Positions 45,420 to 59,979 of a stretch of DNA of 64,000 bases are shown piece by piece. The notes beneath the pieces were generated by a model. It was not told the DNA's origin. It did no database searches and saw only the letters and a program-made list of their open reading frames with translations. Source of the stretch: the human T2T-CHM13v2.0 reference genome, Homo sapiens. The DNA is taken from the NCBI RefSeq assembly GCF_009914755.1, contig NC_060947.1. One strand, given 5' to 3'. Made by a program: the position numbers and the translations under genes. Position 1 is the stretch's first letter, and each line of letters opens with the position of its first letter.

Positions 45420-45925
45420 TGTTCCAATTAGTATTGTTACACAATATACCATCCCAAATTAGTGGTATAAATAACAACAACCATTTTATTAAGCTCACAA
45501 ATTCTGGGAGTCAGGAATTCAGGCAAGGTACAGTGATGACCCATGATGTGTAAGTTCTCAGCTGGGAGGACTCAGATGGTTGGGGGTGACTTGAATGGCT
45601 GGGGGCTGAAACCATTTGGAGGCTTCTTTTCTCACATGTCTGGGGTATGAGCTGGAACAACTCAATGACTGTTGACCTGAGGATCTATGTGTGGCCTCTC
45701 CATGTGGCTGGGTGAGGGGCCAAGGAGTCTCTGGAAGATGCGAGTGCTCCAAGAGAGTCCAGGCAAGTTGCTGAGCCCTTGTGAACAAGCCTTCGGGATC
45801 TCATAGCATGACCTTCACTTTTCCCTTGTGGTCAAAGTATCTAGAAGCCTTCCTGGATTCAAGGAGCAGAGTCATAAAGCAGCCCCCTCTTGATGGGAGG
45901 AATGGTAAAAAAATTTTAGGCCAAC
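45420..45925 (-). mobile_element. MaLR LTR, MLT1G/H-like
   Basis: ccattttattaagctcacaaattctgggagtcaggaattc...gctgggggctgaaaccatttggaggcttc...ggattcaagg...ctcttgatgggaggaatgg. Confidence 0.75.
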
Positions 45926-45959
45926 AGGCCAGCCAGCAAGCAAACAGATTCCTAGTCCC

Positions 45960-46150
45960 TAAACTTGGAACCTTGACTGTACATTTTCTAGCTGTGTGAC
46001 CTTGAGCAAAAGACTCAGCTTCTCTGTTGTCTACTTTTCTCATCTACCAAATAGTAGGTGCCCATTTCATGGGGTTTGGATGATAACTAAATGAGATAAG
46101 CTTACACTGAAGCATCTAGCACATTGCCTGGACCATAACTGTTCAATACC
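45960..46150 (+). mobile_element. MIR
   Basis: ctagctgtgtgaccttgagcaa...ttttctcatct...taaatgagataa...tagcacattgcctgg. Confidence 0.85.
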
Positions 46151-47138
46151 ACTTGAGCCTAAATCTGAAGAATGTTTGGCAGAATACCAAGCCTAAAGTT
46201 AGGCTTATTTTCTCAGGTACAGAAGCAAGGATTAAGTTGAAAGAGGTATTGTGCTTTTGACAAATGTAAAGACCTACTACCTGCCAGGCATGTCCTCCTA
46301 GTCAGGTAGAAATAGATACTGACAGTTCTAAGCCAGGAACAGTTCTAATTCGAGTTAGACTTGCATCCAAAACTACCAGACAGGACATTTCAGATGATTA
46401 TGGACGCAAGTATTATCTAAGCATCTTATCCTTTCCTTGACCATAAATTCTTTCCAGAACTGAGCTTTAGAAAATCTCTTTGTACATGCTCAAGCTCTTC
46501 TCTGTGCAGGTTTTGCATATATTTTATTTGTCTATTCTTACGTCTATTAAACTTCTTGTATCCTTAAATATTGAATTGATTTAGTTGGATTTCCTGGAAA
46601 AAGAATGAATGCTCTGTCCTTAGATGAAGTCCTCATTAGGAGATGTTCTTTTCTGAGAAAATCATTGTGGTTCCTGGGTACTGTGCCATTTAGTTGACTT
46701 GGTGCAACAGTTTTAATTAATTAGTGAGAGGAATGCGATGAGCCTTCTGAGGAGGCTTTCAGGAGAGTCTAATAAGACAGACAGCAGTTCTTGCTGAAAT
46801 ATTACACACATCTTGCCGTGTGAGGAGCAGTGATCATGGGTACACAGTGAAAATTACTGGCAGCAAGAGCTACAGTGGATAACAGAATTCTCACAATCCA
46901 ACAAGTGATCTTGCTCGTGAAAATAAAGGTAGATTAAGAGCTGCAGACTGGCTTTCTGTTCATGGAGCAGTTGGGTTCTTCTCATTTTATGGGTTCATCA
47001 TGCCATGTTGTGGATAATATCTTTCTAGCAAAGTTCATTTAAATATGTGAAAAAGGAAAGCTTAGTAATAGAATATGAAATTATTGTGATCATTAGATTT
47101 GAAAGTAGTTCTTAAAATGTAATTTATTGTAACCAAAT

Positions 47139-47600
47139 GTAGCTGATTCTTTTTGTGTCCCAAACCACATTCCCTCTACCTTTATGCGACTTCAGCCATA
47201 GCTGTGGTGGCCATTTCCTGTGTATGCTGAGGGGTTCTCCCCAGTGCCTGCTGCATCTTGCTCAGCCCTCACATAGAACATCCTGGGATATGGCAAGGAG
47301 TGGGGCATGGGGGTCAAAACCTCTGGATGCAACTCTGAAACAAAGGAGGACAGGAAAGGGCCCATAATGGCTTCCTCTCCTATGGAGGAATCATTCTGAG
47401 GCACATTCTACATCATTTCCAGTGTGCTCCCAGCAGGATTAGTCTCCAGCTGCCCACAGGATTAATCATTTCAAGAACATACCCTTCCTTAACTTTCTTC
47501 CTTGTCTGCCTTACTCTCCCTGCTCCTTCACTCCTGATCCCTGAGCTCACCTCCCCAGTGAGCTACCTGGAACCCCCCAATTAATATACCAAATATCCTT
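47139..47600 (+). mobile_element. LTR16C-like ERVL LTR
   Basis: tgtagctgat...ttctgaggcacattctaca...cccagcaggatt..tccagctgcccacag...ctcacctcccca..gagctacctg. Confidence 0.65.
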
Positions 47601-47988
47601 GCTTAGTTGGACCTGAAATTCAGATATGCCCAGAGGAAGGGGATCTCTCATTCCAACTTTAATATCTATTGCCTTGCACTGATTGTCATAGGAGCCAAGG
47701 CCGTATGTGAACAAGGGACTCAAATAGTGTCCTCAAAGTGGAATGGAATGGGGTAGGGAATAGGGCTTCTGAGAGAGACAGAGAGACTTCACCTAAAAGG
47801 AAGAAGAGGCCTGCTGTGATTCATTCATTTATTCAACGGATATTTATTGAGAATCTTCTATGTTTCAAGTACAGTTCTATATGCTGGAAATGCATCAGTG
47901 AATGAAAGCAACAGAAATCCTTGCACTCATAGAGTTTGTATTCTAGTGGAGGAAGACTGGCAATTAAAATAATAAAAAGTAAATTTTA

Positions 47989-48787
47989 ATAAACATGGGA
48001 GTAAAGATATCTCTTTGATATGTTGACTTCCTTTCTTTTGGGTATTTACCCAGCAGTAAGATTGCTGGACCATATGGTAGCTCTATTTTTAGTTTTTTGA
48101 GGAACTTCCCAAATTGCTCTCCATAGTTGCTGTACTAATTTACATTCCCATCAACAGTGTATAAGGGTTCCCTTTTCTCCACATTCTTGCCATCATTCAC
48201 AGTAGCCAAGATTTGGAAGCAACCTAAGTGCTCATTGACAGAGGGATGGATAAAGAAAATATGGTACATATATACAATGGAGTACCATTCAGCCATAAAA
48301 AAGAATGATATCCAGCCATTTGCAACAACATGGATGGAACTGGAGGCCATTATGTTAAATGAAATTAGCCAGAAACAGAAAGACAAACATAGCATATTCT
48401 CACTTATTTGTGGATGCTAAAAATGAAAACAATTGAACTCATGATGATAGAGCACAGAAGGATGCTTACTAGAGGCTTGGAAGTGTTGGAGGGGCAGGGA
48501 GGAAGTGAGGATAGTTAATGGTTGCAAAGCATAGTTAGAATAAATATATAATATTTGATAGCACAACTAGGTGACTAAAGTCAACAATAATTTATTGTAT
48601 ATTTAAAAAATAATTAAAAGAGTATAATTGGATTGTTTGTAACACAAAGGATAAATACTTGACGGCATGGATACCCCAATTACTCTGGTGTGATTATTAC
48701 GCATTGCATGCCTATATCAAAACATCTCATGTAACTCAGAAATATAGACACATACTATATACCCACAAAATTTAAAAATAAAAAATT
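47989..48787 (+). mobile_element. L1MA2/3-like 3' end with a 5' inversion (47989-48192 minus, ~48195-48787 plus)
   Basis: Exact 13-bp TSD aaagtaaatttta at 47976-47988 and 48788-48800; strand switch near 48193. Confidence 0.88.
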
Positions 48788-48902
48788 AAAGTAAATTTTA
48801 GATTATTTTAGAAGAAGATGTTAAGGGCTAGCATAGAATAATATAAGGGGGATTAGCAGTACAGGCGAAGAGGGGGATGGTGTTAACTTATGAATGAGGT
48901 GG

Positions 48903-49267
48903 CATGTTAGTTTGCTCAGGCTGCCATAACAAAATGGCACAGAGTTGGTGCCTTGAACAACAGACTTTTATATTCTCACAGGTCTGTAGGCTAGAAATCT
49001 ATGATCAAGTGCCAGCAAACTCAGTTTCTGATAAGGGCTCTCTTCCTGGCTTGCAGATGGCTGCCTTCTCGCAGTGTCCCTGTGAAAAAGCTCTGGTGTC
49101 TCCTCCTCTTCTTATAAGAGCACTAGCCCTATTGGATTTAGGTACCACCCTTATTACTTCACTTAATTATTATTACCTCCTTAGAGGCCCTATCTCCACA
49201 TACAGTCACATTGGGGATTAGGGCTTCAACATCTGAATTTTGAGGGGACACGATTTAGTATATAACA
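48903..49267 (-). mobile_element. MLT1A0-like LTR
   Basis: ttagtttgctcaggctgccataacaaaat...tacagtcacattggggattagggcttcaacat; TSD ggtgg / gatgg. Confidence 0.85.
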
Positions 49268-50004
49268 GATGGTTTGAGTAGATATCCTTTACAAGGTGAC
49301 ACTTCAGCAAAAACATGAAGTAAGCAAGTTATCCATGTAGATATCTGAAGGAAGAGAATTCCAGGAAGAGGGAATGGCCAGTACAACTGTCCTGGAGGGA
49401 AACTGGTCTATCCTGGCCAAAGTGTTCAAGAAATAGTAAAGACATCAGTGTGGCTGAAGTGAAGGCAGCCAAGGGAGTTGCAGGAGATGAGATTGGACAG
49501 GTAAAGGTGGCCCACGTCCTGTACAGCCTTCTAGGACATTGTGAGAATTTTTTGCCTTCTGGAGTGGGAGACATGGAAAGCCAAACTCAGCAACAATATC
49601 TAATGGGTGGATGAGGAGCAGTGATTTTAGGAATAGGTGGCATGGTGACCTACTTGACAGTGTCCTGATCCAAGCACCCTTGTGGCCTGATGTTGAATGA
49701 ATGACTGAAGTATATGCTAGGAAGAATAAAACATTATGATTACTGGTCAAAACAAAAATGAAAACAAAAACAGTCATTAAACTATGTAATTAGTTGGGGT
49801 CCAAGCAACCTGTTTGTGGGTGTCATGTAATAAGGACTGGAAGTGCCAGCAGAAAACTGCAGCCATCACTGAGACTGCTCAGTATGGATGGAGCCCAGTG
49901 TTGACAGATGATCAGCACAGTAAAGGAGAAAGTCTTGTTGCAGATAGGATCAATCAGATAGACCAGGGGAGAGAGAGAGGGAGTTGAGAAATACAACCCC
50001 ATGA

Positions 50005-50311
50005 GGCCAGATGTGGTGGCTCATAGCTCTAATCTCAGTACTTTGGGAAGCCAAGGTGGGAGGATAGCTTGAGCCCATGAATTCAAGACCAGCAACATAG
50101 CAAGACCCTGTCTCTCAAAAAAAAAAAAAAAAAAAAATTTACCGGGCTTGGTGGCATGCACCTGTAGTCTTAGCTACTCCAGAGGCTGAAGAAGAAGGAT
50201 CGTTTGAGTCCAGGATATCAAGGCTGCAGTGAGCCATGATCACAGCAGTGCACTCCAGCCTGGGTGACAGGGCCAGATGCTGTCTCAAAAAGGGAAAGGA
50301 AAAAGAAAAAG
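50005..50311 (+). mobile_element. AluJ
   Basis: gggaggatagcttgagccca, aggctgcagtgagccatgatc; expanded middle A tract. Confidence 0.9.
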
Positions 50312-50547
50312 AAACACACCCCCACGTATATAGGAATTAGAATATGTGAGAGAAGTCACATTTCAAATTAGTGATTATGCTGACACTTGGTTAATAATGT
50401 GGCAAAAAATTAATTTGGAGCTCTATTTAAATCCTCATAGATTGAATATTTGAAATCAAAAAAGTTGTTGGAGACTCAATATTTGTCTTAGGTTGGGAAG
50501 GGCTTTTTAACCATTACCTCACTGGCAGAAATCAGAAGGAAAAGACT

Positions 50548-50850
<303 letters not shown>

Positions 50851-52074
50851 TTAAAAAATATTGAAATATTTGACCACAAAGATGTTCAGAAGTTCTATAT
50901 GGTAAAAAACACTATATCTGTAAAACTGAAAAAATATATTTGCAACATTTATGACAGAGAAAAGATTAATAGCCTTAGCATTTAAAGAGCTATTATAAAC
51001 TGATACAAAAAGAAAAACTAATAAAAAATGAATTAAGGCTGTGAATAGTAAACTTACTAAGCCTATGAACATTAAAATATGAAACAAATAAATGCAAATT
51101 AAAATAATGAGATATATTTTCTCAGAATAGTAAGGATTAAAAAGATTGCAGACACAAAGTCTTGGCTAAGATTTGGAAAAATAGGCACTCTTTCTTATAA
51201 TACTGGTTGTTTCTGATGAATTATTCTGCTGAGAAATTTTGTAATATATATCATATCCAAGTATATATTATTTAGCTCAAAAATTCCACTTCTAGTCATT
51301 TATCCTAATTCAGTGATTCAATATATATGTAAAGATGGGTATCAAGAAGGTTTAATTTTTGTCATTTATGCAAAATAAAAAGAGGGAATAGTATAAATGT
51401 CTCACGATAGAGATGTCATAAATAAATTATGGTGTGTCTAAAATAAATATGATACAGCAGTTAAGATTAATGATAAAGCTGTATATTTATTAATATGAAA
51501 GTTTTCTTTCTTCTTATCATGGTGACTAGTAGACACCACTCACAAATCTCTGAGTAAGTACTCTGTAATCTCATATGCTTGCATGTATATACCAGCATAA
51601 TTAAGTAAAAAAATGATAAGTTACCTCTGGGTAGTGTTATTATGTGTGATTTTTAAAAAGTTCTCTTTTTGCTTATCTGCATTAGTTATTTAATTGATAA
51701 TGAAGTTGTACAAATTGAATAATAAATATTTTTTAAAATTATAATTTAGGTTATATATTTAAATTGCTAAGTTCTTGAATATCTGATATTGAAAGGTGTC
51801 TGGTGTTTTTCAAGTTAAAATTTTCTCAAGCATGGATGATTTAATTTTTAAAACAATATTTATGTCAAGGAAATGTTGTATTTTACATAAATTTAGTAAT
51901 TCATTTGGCCTTCAATTTCACCTCTAGCTCATTATTATGACAAATATATATTCTTATTTCTGATATTTGACATGTTAATAATACTGAAAGGACCAAGAGA
52001 AACAATTAGAACAGAGGCCAGGATTATACTTCTACAGAGCTGATTGAGATAGAGTCATCTGTGGGACCATAGGC

Positions 52075-52707
52075 TTTTTTTTTTTTTTGGTAACAGCTTT
52101 ATTGAGATATAATTCACATGCTGTACTACTCAGCTATTGCAAGTATACAATTCAATGGTTTTTAGTATATCCACAGAATTGTAAAATTATTACCATACAC
52201 AATTTTAGAACATTTTAATTGCTCCAAATGCAATCCCCAAACCCTTAGCAGCCAACCCTCATTACCCTTCATGTTTTCCAGCTTAGGCAACTGCTCTATA
52301 GATTTGTCTATTCTGGACATTTCATGTAAATGAAACCATAAAATATTTGGTCTTTTTGTGACTAGCTTCTTTCATTTAGCATAATGTTTTCAAAGTTCAT
52401 CCGTGTTGTAGCATGTATCAATATTGCATTCCTTTTTATTGCTAAGTAATATTGTATAATATGAACATTTTACATTTTATCAGTTCATGAACCTTTGGTT
52501 TGTTTGCACTTTTTGGCAATTATAATAATTCTGCCATGAAAATTTGTGTACAAGTTTTTGTGTTGAATGTCGGTTGCTTTGATCACTAATTCAATCTCTT
52601 TATTGTTTATATTTATTTAGATTCTCTATTTCTTTTTGAGTCATTTTTGGAAGTTGGTGTTTTCTAGGATTTTGTCTATTTTATGTAAGTTATCTAACTT
52701 ATTGGAA
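52075..52707 (-). mobile_element. L1MB7/8-like 3' end joined to a more 5' ORF2 fragment
   Basis: aacagctttattgagatataattcacat...tctggacatttcatgtaaat; junction near 52570; candidate TSD accataggctttt / accatggtctttt. Confidence 0.75.
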
Positions 52708-53039
52708 ACCATGGTCTTTTGAAAAATATTTGGAGTGTAAAGGGAAGAATGGGAGAATAGTGGAAGATCGTGTAGTAGCCCTGAGATCCTTCTTGTGATC
52801 TCTTAAATCTTTAATGAAGTGACTGAACTCACAAAATCTTTAGTGTGACTTGATTTTTTTTGGTGAATAGCAATAATAACAACCAAAAGAAGAAACAGTA
52901 GCAACAACAACAAAAACAGGGCAACAGGGCTCAAAGTAATTTTAGATTGGGCTGAATTAATTAACGAGACTGCCCTTGCCATATATTCTGAATTCAAGCA
53001 GCCAGTTCTATTTGTTTCGTTTGACTAAAACTTGTACTT

Positions 53040-54440
53040 AATGATGGCCTATGTGAAATAAAGTAGTGATGCCAGAAATATCTATGATGTAAAAGAAGGA
53101 ATTCAAAGGCTTATGATGATAAAAATATTGGAGTGTATTTATCATGTTCAACTGGCTTACTTAACCTACAGCTATGTCTTCTGAGAGAACCTAGAAGATA
53201 TTTTCCTCACCGTGGCAATAAAGAATAAATTGGTGAAGGTGGAAGCAGCATCCTGGAAAAGCATAGTATTGATGTTTTCTGTAGGCAAGGGACAAAGATG
53301 GGAAATGCAACTATTGAAACAGGGTGGCTGAGGCAGAGGCTGAGTAATAGCACTTAGTCACTAGAAGCCAGTGGGTGTGGTTATCATAATAGGCAACAAA
53401 CCTAAATGCTTGTCATACTGGCTTGACCCACAGGGATCTTTGGCAGTAGCTAATTGATTATGGTTTCTCTAGAGCTGAAATAAATGACTAAATGTGTGAT
53501 CTAACATCTTCTTTGTCTGGTGAACAGAGACTGAGTAATAATGTTAGAGAATATGGGATCCTCTTCCAATTCCCGGCTTGAGTCAATAACAGATCTAGAG
53601 CCCCTTCAATAAAAAAGATGCTGGGCACTCTTGTGGGACTGTAAACTTGACCCCTGACCTTTTTCCAAGGGGTCTGGAGCTATTTAATTAGGTAGCTTCA
53701 CTAGGAAAAAGTAAAATGCATTGAGTTCATAATAATTCTTGGAAACCCAGAATACCAATGTGGTCTGCCTATCAGTGTCACGGGCTAACAATCATTAGAT
53801 GATAAATGAAGTTTTGGCCTAAGTTCATCTCACTGTGGCTCTGGGAGTTTTGTAAGTCCATCTGTCTGCTAGGCCTGCCAACAAAATATCACAGTTTGGG
53901 TGGTTTAAACAACAGAAATTTATTTTCACACAGTTTTGGAGGCTGGAAGTCCAAGATCAAGGTGCCAGCAGGGTTGGTTTCTCTTGAGGTCTCTCTCCTT
54001 GGCTTGTGAATGGCTGTTTTCTCTATGTGTTCTCACACATACCTTTTCTCTCTCTGCATGTGCCCCTGGTATCTCTCCCTCTTCTTATAAGGACACCATT
54101 CCTATTAAATTAGGGCCCCAGAATAATGACCCTGTTTAATTTTAAATATCTCCTTAAAGTCCCTATCTCCAAATACAGTCACATTGGGGGTTAAAGCTTT
54201 GTTATCTGAATTTTAGGAGACACAGTTTGCTCCATAATACCATCCTATTATTTCACAGTTCCTGAGCAGATAGGTGCAAGTGAAATACTGAGCAACTTTC
54301 AAAATTCTTCCTTAACCTATGAAATGAGGACACACCCTAACTTTAACAAACTATTTAATCAAAATCAAACCCCTGGGGTAACTAGAGATGAGTGCTGTCA
54401 ATAAAGACTTGATAGATTCAGGGGTGGTCAATCTACTCCT
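53040..54440 (+). mobile_element. ERVL internal (gag-pro) relic without LTRs
   Basis: tggcctatgtgaaataaagtagtgatgccagaa...ggaattcaaaggctt...gggatctttggcagtagctaattgattatgg parallels the ERVL segment at 10460-11300. Confidence 0.65.
53863..54239 (-). mobile_element. MLT1A0-like LTR
   Basis: aaacaacagaaatttattttcacacagttttggaggctggaagtccaagatcaaggtgccagc; perfect TSD ccatc (53858-53862, 54240-54244). Confidence 0.88.
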
Positions 54441-55276
54441 CTTGAGGACATAGTTGTGGTTGGGTAAGCCAGTTACACATGATAAATCCACTCCAACTTT
54501 CCCATCTCACTGAGCCTTTAAATTCCTGTTATTATACTTTCTCCAATTAATTTACCTATATAAAGGCCTAAGGTTGGGTTGGTGTGGTCCCAGGTCTCTC
54601 TTGAAATATGTGTTATTATGAGATCACAGAGAAAAGAAATGGATGACATGACACTCTCCATTTATTAGTCTTGCTAACGTGGGTAGAAACTGTTGGTATT
54701 TCTAGGGACTTTCATTCCATACAGAGTATTAAGCCCAGTGATTATGTATAGCCCCAAGGCCTTAAGAACTATGCTTGGCAGGTTGCTATGAGCTGTCTAT
54801 GATCCATGTCTTAATAACCCTGAGTTAGCCATTGGCCCACATGTTTTTTTTCTGCCTAGTCCTGTGCTGGAGTTTCCAGCATTGATTTAAGAGGGTATTT
54901 TTTTTTTTTAAACATATCTTTATCCACCAACCAGAGCTCAAACTGAATTCATATGGGCCAAAGAGCCAATCAACCTCTGAGATGTTGAATCTGTTCAGAT
55001 GAGTGAAACTTGTCTCTGAGATACCTCTTGATTAGATGGCAGTTGCTTGGTATATCTGCAGTTTTCTCTTGTTTTTTTTTTAATTTTTTTTAAATTTTTT
55101 TATTTTTTATCAATGTACCACACTCTGTAAACAACTGGTAGGGACCATTTTAAGTTGGTCACTTTTTGGAGCCTTATCTGTTATGGGCTCATGGTTTCAA
55201 GAGCCTTTCAATAAGACCACCTCAACATTTAACACAGTGATTTGTACATAGCAGGTGATCAGTAAATGTTTGTTAG

Positions 55277-55609
<333 letters not shown>

Positions 55610-56263
55610 TAAAATAGGACCATGTTTAAATCTTCTCAGACAACTCCAAACTTGTCCCAGTTTCAAAGTAATATACACTCTTTTTAATATAAGGAGTGCA
55701 TTCTTATCATTGAAAACTTACGAAATAAAAGGAAACCTAAAGAAAAAAATAACAATAACTCATATAACACACTGAGAGATAATTACTATTAAGTTTTTGG
55801 TATATATTTCATTTTAATCTTTGCTACCATCCTCCCCTGATCACAAACCCTCACAGATTATAAAGTATATTTAGGTCTGTACCCATGAATTCTGATGACA
55901 GGAAACAAGTTCCATGAAATAATAGTTCATCACATAAATACACTTTAATTTTTTTAAACATAGTATTCTATTGTTGAACATACAGACATTTGCCATGAAT
56001 TAAACAGAATTTAGATAAAAAAATCTTTGGACATAAATCTTGTCCACATTTTTAATATTTTCTATGGGATAAAACTGTAGAAGGAGAATTATCTAGTTAA
56101 CGTATATAAATATATTTAAGATCTGGATTAATATTGCAACATCATTTTCCAGAGAATTTTTACCACTTGCACTCCCAGCAATATGGAATTTCCCTAACTA
56201 TTCCTTAATTAGTAACTAGTTTCTTCTTTTTTCCTTTAATTCTTTGGTAAAATGAAAACTTAT

Positions 56264-56790
56264 TGTATCAGTTATCTATTGTTGCAAAACAAACCACTCC
56301 AAAGCTTAGTAAATTAAGACAAAGATAATTTATTATTTCTAATGATTCTATGGGCTGGTAATCTGGGGCTAGGTAGTTTTTCTCCTGGTCTCAGATCATT
56401 TATGCATCTGAAGTCCTCTGACAACTCAACTGGGGCTGAAGGGGACAAGATGACCTCATTCACATGTCTGTCTGGAAGTTACTTCTGACTGCTAGTTGAG
56501 TCACCTTTTTTCCCCCCATCACGGTCTCTCATCCTGAAATACATGTGAGACTGAGCTTCTTCACAGTTTCAAGGTTCCAATGATAAGAGTGAAAGATGCA
56601 CTGTCTAACCTCCAGAGTAATTTCCACCGCATTCTTTTGGTCAAAGCAAGTCACAAGGCCATCCCAGCTTCAAGGGGTGGGAAAATAGATTGCACCTCTT
56701 CATGAACAGAGATCAATGTCATATTACAAAGGAGCATGGACCCAGAGAGGTGTGATTCATTGGGAGTCATTAGTATTACTCTCTATCACA
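56264..56790 (-). mobile_element. MaLR LTR, MLT1H-like
   Basis: tgtatcagttatctattg...ggtcaaagcaagtcacaaggcca...tcaaggggtggg...ctatcaca; TSD cttat / tttat. Confidence 0.8.
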
Positions 56791-57709
56791 TTTATCTAAT
56801 TTGATTTTACTTTGATTATGAATGAGGTTACTTTTTGGCCATTTGCATTTTTTCTTTTTAAGATTGTCTTTTGACTATTTTTCTATGATGTCTTAAGATT
56901 ATCTTACCAGTTTTTAAGAATTCATTATATATTATGTATATGAACTTTAGTCTACCATAGTTATTACAAATATTTTTCACAGTCATTTTGTTGATTTACT
57001 TTTTAAAAAGAATATAAATGTATTATTACCACTGAACTGTACCCTTAAAAATGATAAAGATGGTACACTTTATATGTATATTTTACCTTAATAAAAATTA
57101 AATTAAATATTGCTTTTAAACTTCAGAAACCTTTCTTCAGTAAAAAAATCAGATGCTTATATATAGAAGACTAGCTTTTATATGGCTTGACTGTTTGTGT
57201 TTAATTTTTTAATCTATTAAAAATTTATTTTGGCGTGTGATATAGTGATAATTTAATGTGATTTTCTCCATAGATGTTAATTTCTATTTTACACTCCTTA
57301 AGAAAAAAATCCATCCTTTCTCAATTGTTTTCTATGCGTATTCAATCATTTGGTAAATATTTTTGCATTCCAGAATTTGTTCCTGTATTATTTTTTCAAT
57401 TTTATTGCTGTCTTTATAAGGATATTTTATCAATGTCTCATTATTTCAATTGAGATTTATAAATAATTTTAATATCTGGCAGAACAAGCCCACTCTCATT
57501 TTTCTTCAATAGTTTTCTTGGTTTGTTTTTTGCCTGTTTATTCTTTCAGATGAACTTTAGAAACATATTATTCAATTAAAATCAATCCCCATGAGATTAT
57601 GATTGGGATTGCATTACTCCTCATTTGGGAAAAGATTAAGTCTGCCCAACCAGGAGGATGGTATTCAAGTCTTCTTTTAATTCTCTTAATACAGAAATCT
57701 GTATCTATA

Positions 57710-57711
<2 letters not shown>

Positions 57712-57750
<39 letters not shown>
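57712..57750. repeat. Perfect (AC)n microsatellite, ~19 units
   Basis: Read directly from the sequence. Confidence 0.97.
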
Positions 57751-57751
<1 letters not shown>

Positions 57752-58669
57752 TTATGTATGTATCCCAAACATTTCTTATTATAAGCTATTTCTAGGCTAT
57801 TTTTAGGGTGTGCTATTGTATCTTCATTATATTTCTAGCTGCTTATTACCTAAACTATTGATTTCTTGATAATTACCCTGCACTCAGCCACTTTTTTGAA
57901 TGTGTTTATTAATTCTAATAGTTTTCTTATTGATTTTCTTTCCTTATGTGTGCATCTTAATATCTGCAAATAATACAAATTATGTCCTTTGCCTGCCAAT
58001 AGTCATACTTCTTGTTTTGGTTTAATGTCTTCTTTATTGGCCAGAAATTCCAGAACAATGTTAAAAAGAACTTGTCTGTTTTTTTAAGCAAGAGCAAAGA
58101 AATTTTGTAACCAGAAACTCATTCCAATGTTTCAAATTTCATGCTGGAATATGTAACATGTAATATGTTCTGTTTTGCCTTTCTCAATGCCTATCCTGTT
58201 GCTTATGTCAGTTTACTAAAGTTTTATTATTCCTCTGAGTATATGGCAAATAATATTCATAAATTCTCTGTGAAAAAGCCCTATAGTTGCATGAGAAGAA
58301 TAATTAAATATTTCCATAATTTCCCCTTCTTTCTTTTTCCTTTTGCTTTTCCTGTTCATCAAAGCCCCTCATATTTGTGATTTTCCTTGAGTCATTTCCA
58401 AATTTTCCATGTATCTGTTTAACTATGGAATGTGGGAATAGGCTAATAGCTTGCGAAGAGGTTGAATCCTGTCACTAACTGGAAGGATTAATCCACAATT
58501 CTTACTAGTTACTTACGTGTTTTGTCTGATTTTTAGTGTGCATTGCTCAGCCTTTTGTTATGGAAATTAGGTCCTGATTAGATATAAAATCACATCTCCT
58601 GATTCAACTGAGATTTACTTCCCAGTGGTGACCAGGCACATTACCAAAAGCCCTCCCTGGAGCTACCGT

Positions 58670-59000
58670 CCCCCTTCTACCCCACTTATCTATTACTCCT
58701 CACAGCAAAACTTCCTGAAAGTTTAGTCTCTCATTGTCTCTGCGTCCTCAATTCACATTCTCTCTTTAACTCATTCCACCATGCCACTGAAACTGCTCTT
58801 ATGGATCCCATACCCTCCACATTGCTGAACCCAGTGGTCAGTTCTCAGCTCTCTCCCAGGGTTTTAGCAGCATTTGCAAACGTGGTCATTTTTACCTTCT
58901 CAATTCTTTCAAGGGTCCACACACTCTTCTGGATTTTGTCCTGTCTCTCAGACTGCTCCCTCTTAGTCTCATTTGTGGGTTCTCTTCCATTTCTTGACTT
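58670..59000 (+). mobile_element. L2 ORF2 (RT-region) fragment
   Basis: caccatgccactgaaactgctctt (HHATETAL)...ccagtggtcagttctcag...agcagcatttg. Confidence 0.75.
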
Positions 59001-59061
59001 TTAAAAAAGTCATGGTAAATAGACATAACATAAAATTTGCCATTTTAACAATTTTTTCCCT

Positions 59062-59140
59062 TTTTATTTTATTATTTTTATTTTTCCATAAGTTATTGGG
59101 GGTACAGGTGCTATTTGGTTACATGAGTAAGTTCTTAGTG
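59062..59140 (-). mobile_element. L1PB-like 3' tip
   Basis: ttccataagttattgggggtacaggtgctatttggttacatgagtaagttctt. Confidence 0.75.
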
Positions 59141-59157
59141 TGGCCCAAGAGTGTCAA

Positions 59158-59950
<793 letters not shown>

Positions 59951-59979
59951 AAACGAAACAAAACAAAACAAAAAAAACT

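Larger units (their letters stand above)
47818..49640 (-). mobile_element. L2a fragment interrupted by L1MA and MLT1A0
   Basis: attcattcatttattcaacggatatttattgag...; resumes at gatatctgaaggaagagaattccaggaagagggaa...aagtgttcaagaaatag. Confidence 0.8.
55680..58075 (-). mobile_element. Decayed L1ME-like region, split by MLT1H and a short plus-strand L1 3' end (~57005-57110)
   Basis: ttttccagagaattttaccacttgcactcccagcaa, tattctttcagatgaactttagaa, gattgggattgcatt, aattctaatagtttt, ccagaacaatgttaaa. Confidence 0.65.

Noticed and set aside
47139-47600. LTR16C as the 3' LTR of the provirus starting at 7958
   Set aside because: It is about 36 kb away and its sequence is clearly a different LTR16 subtype.
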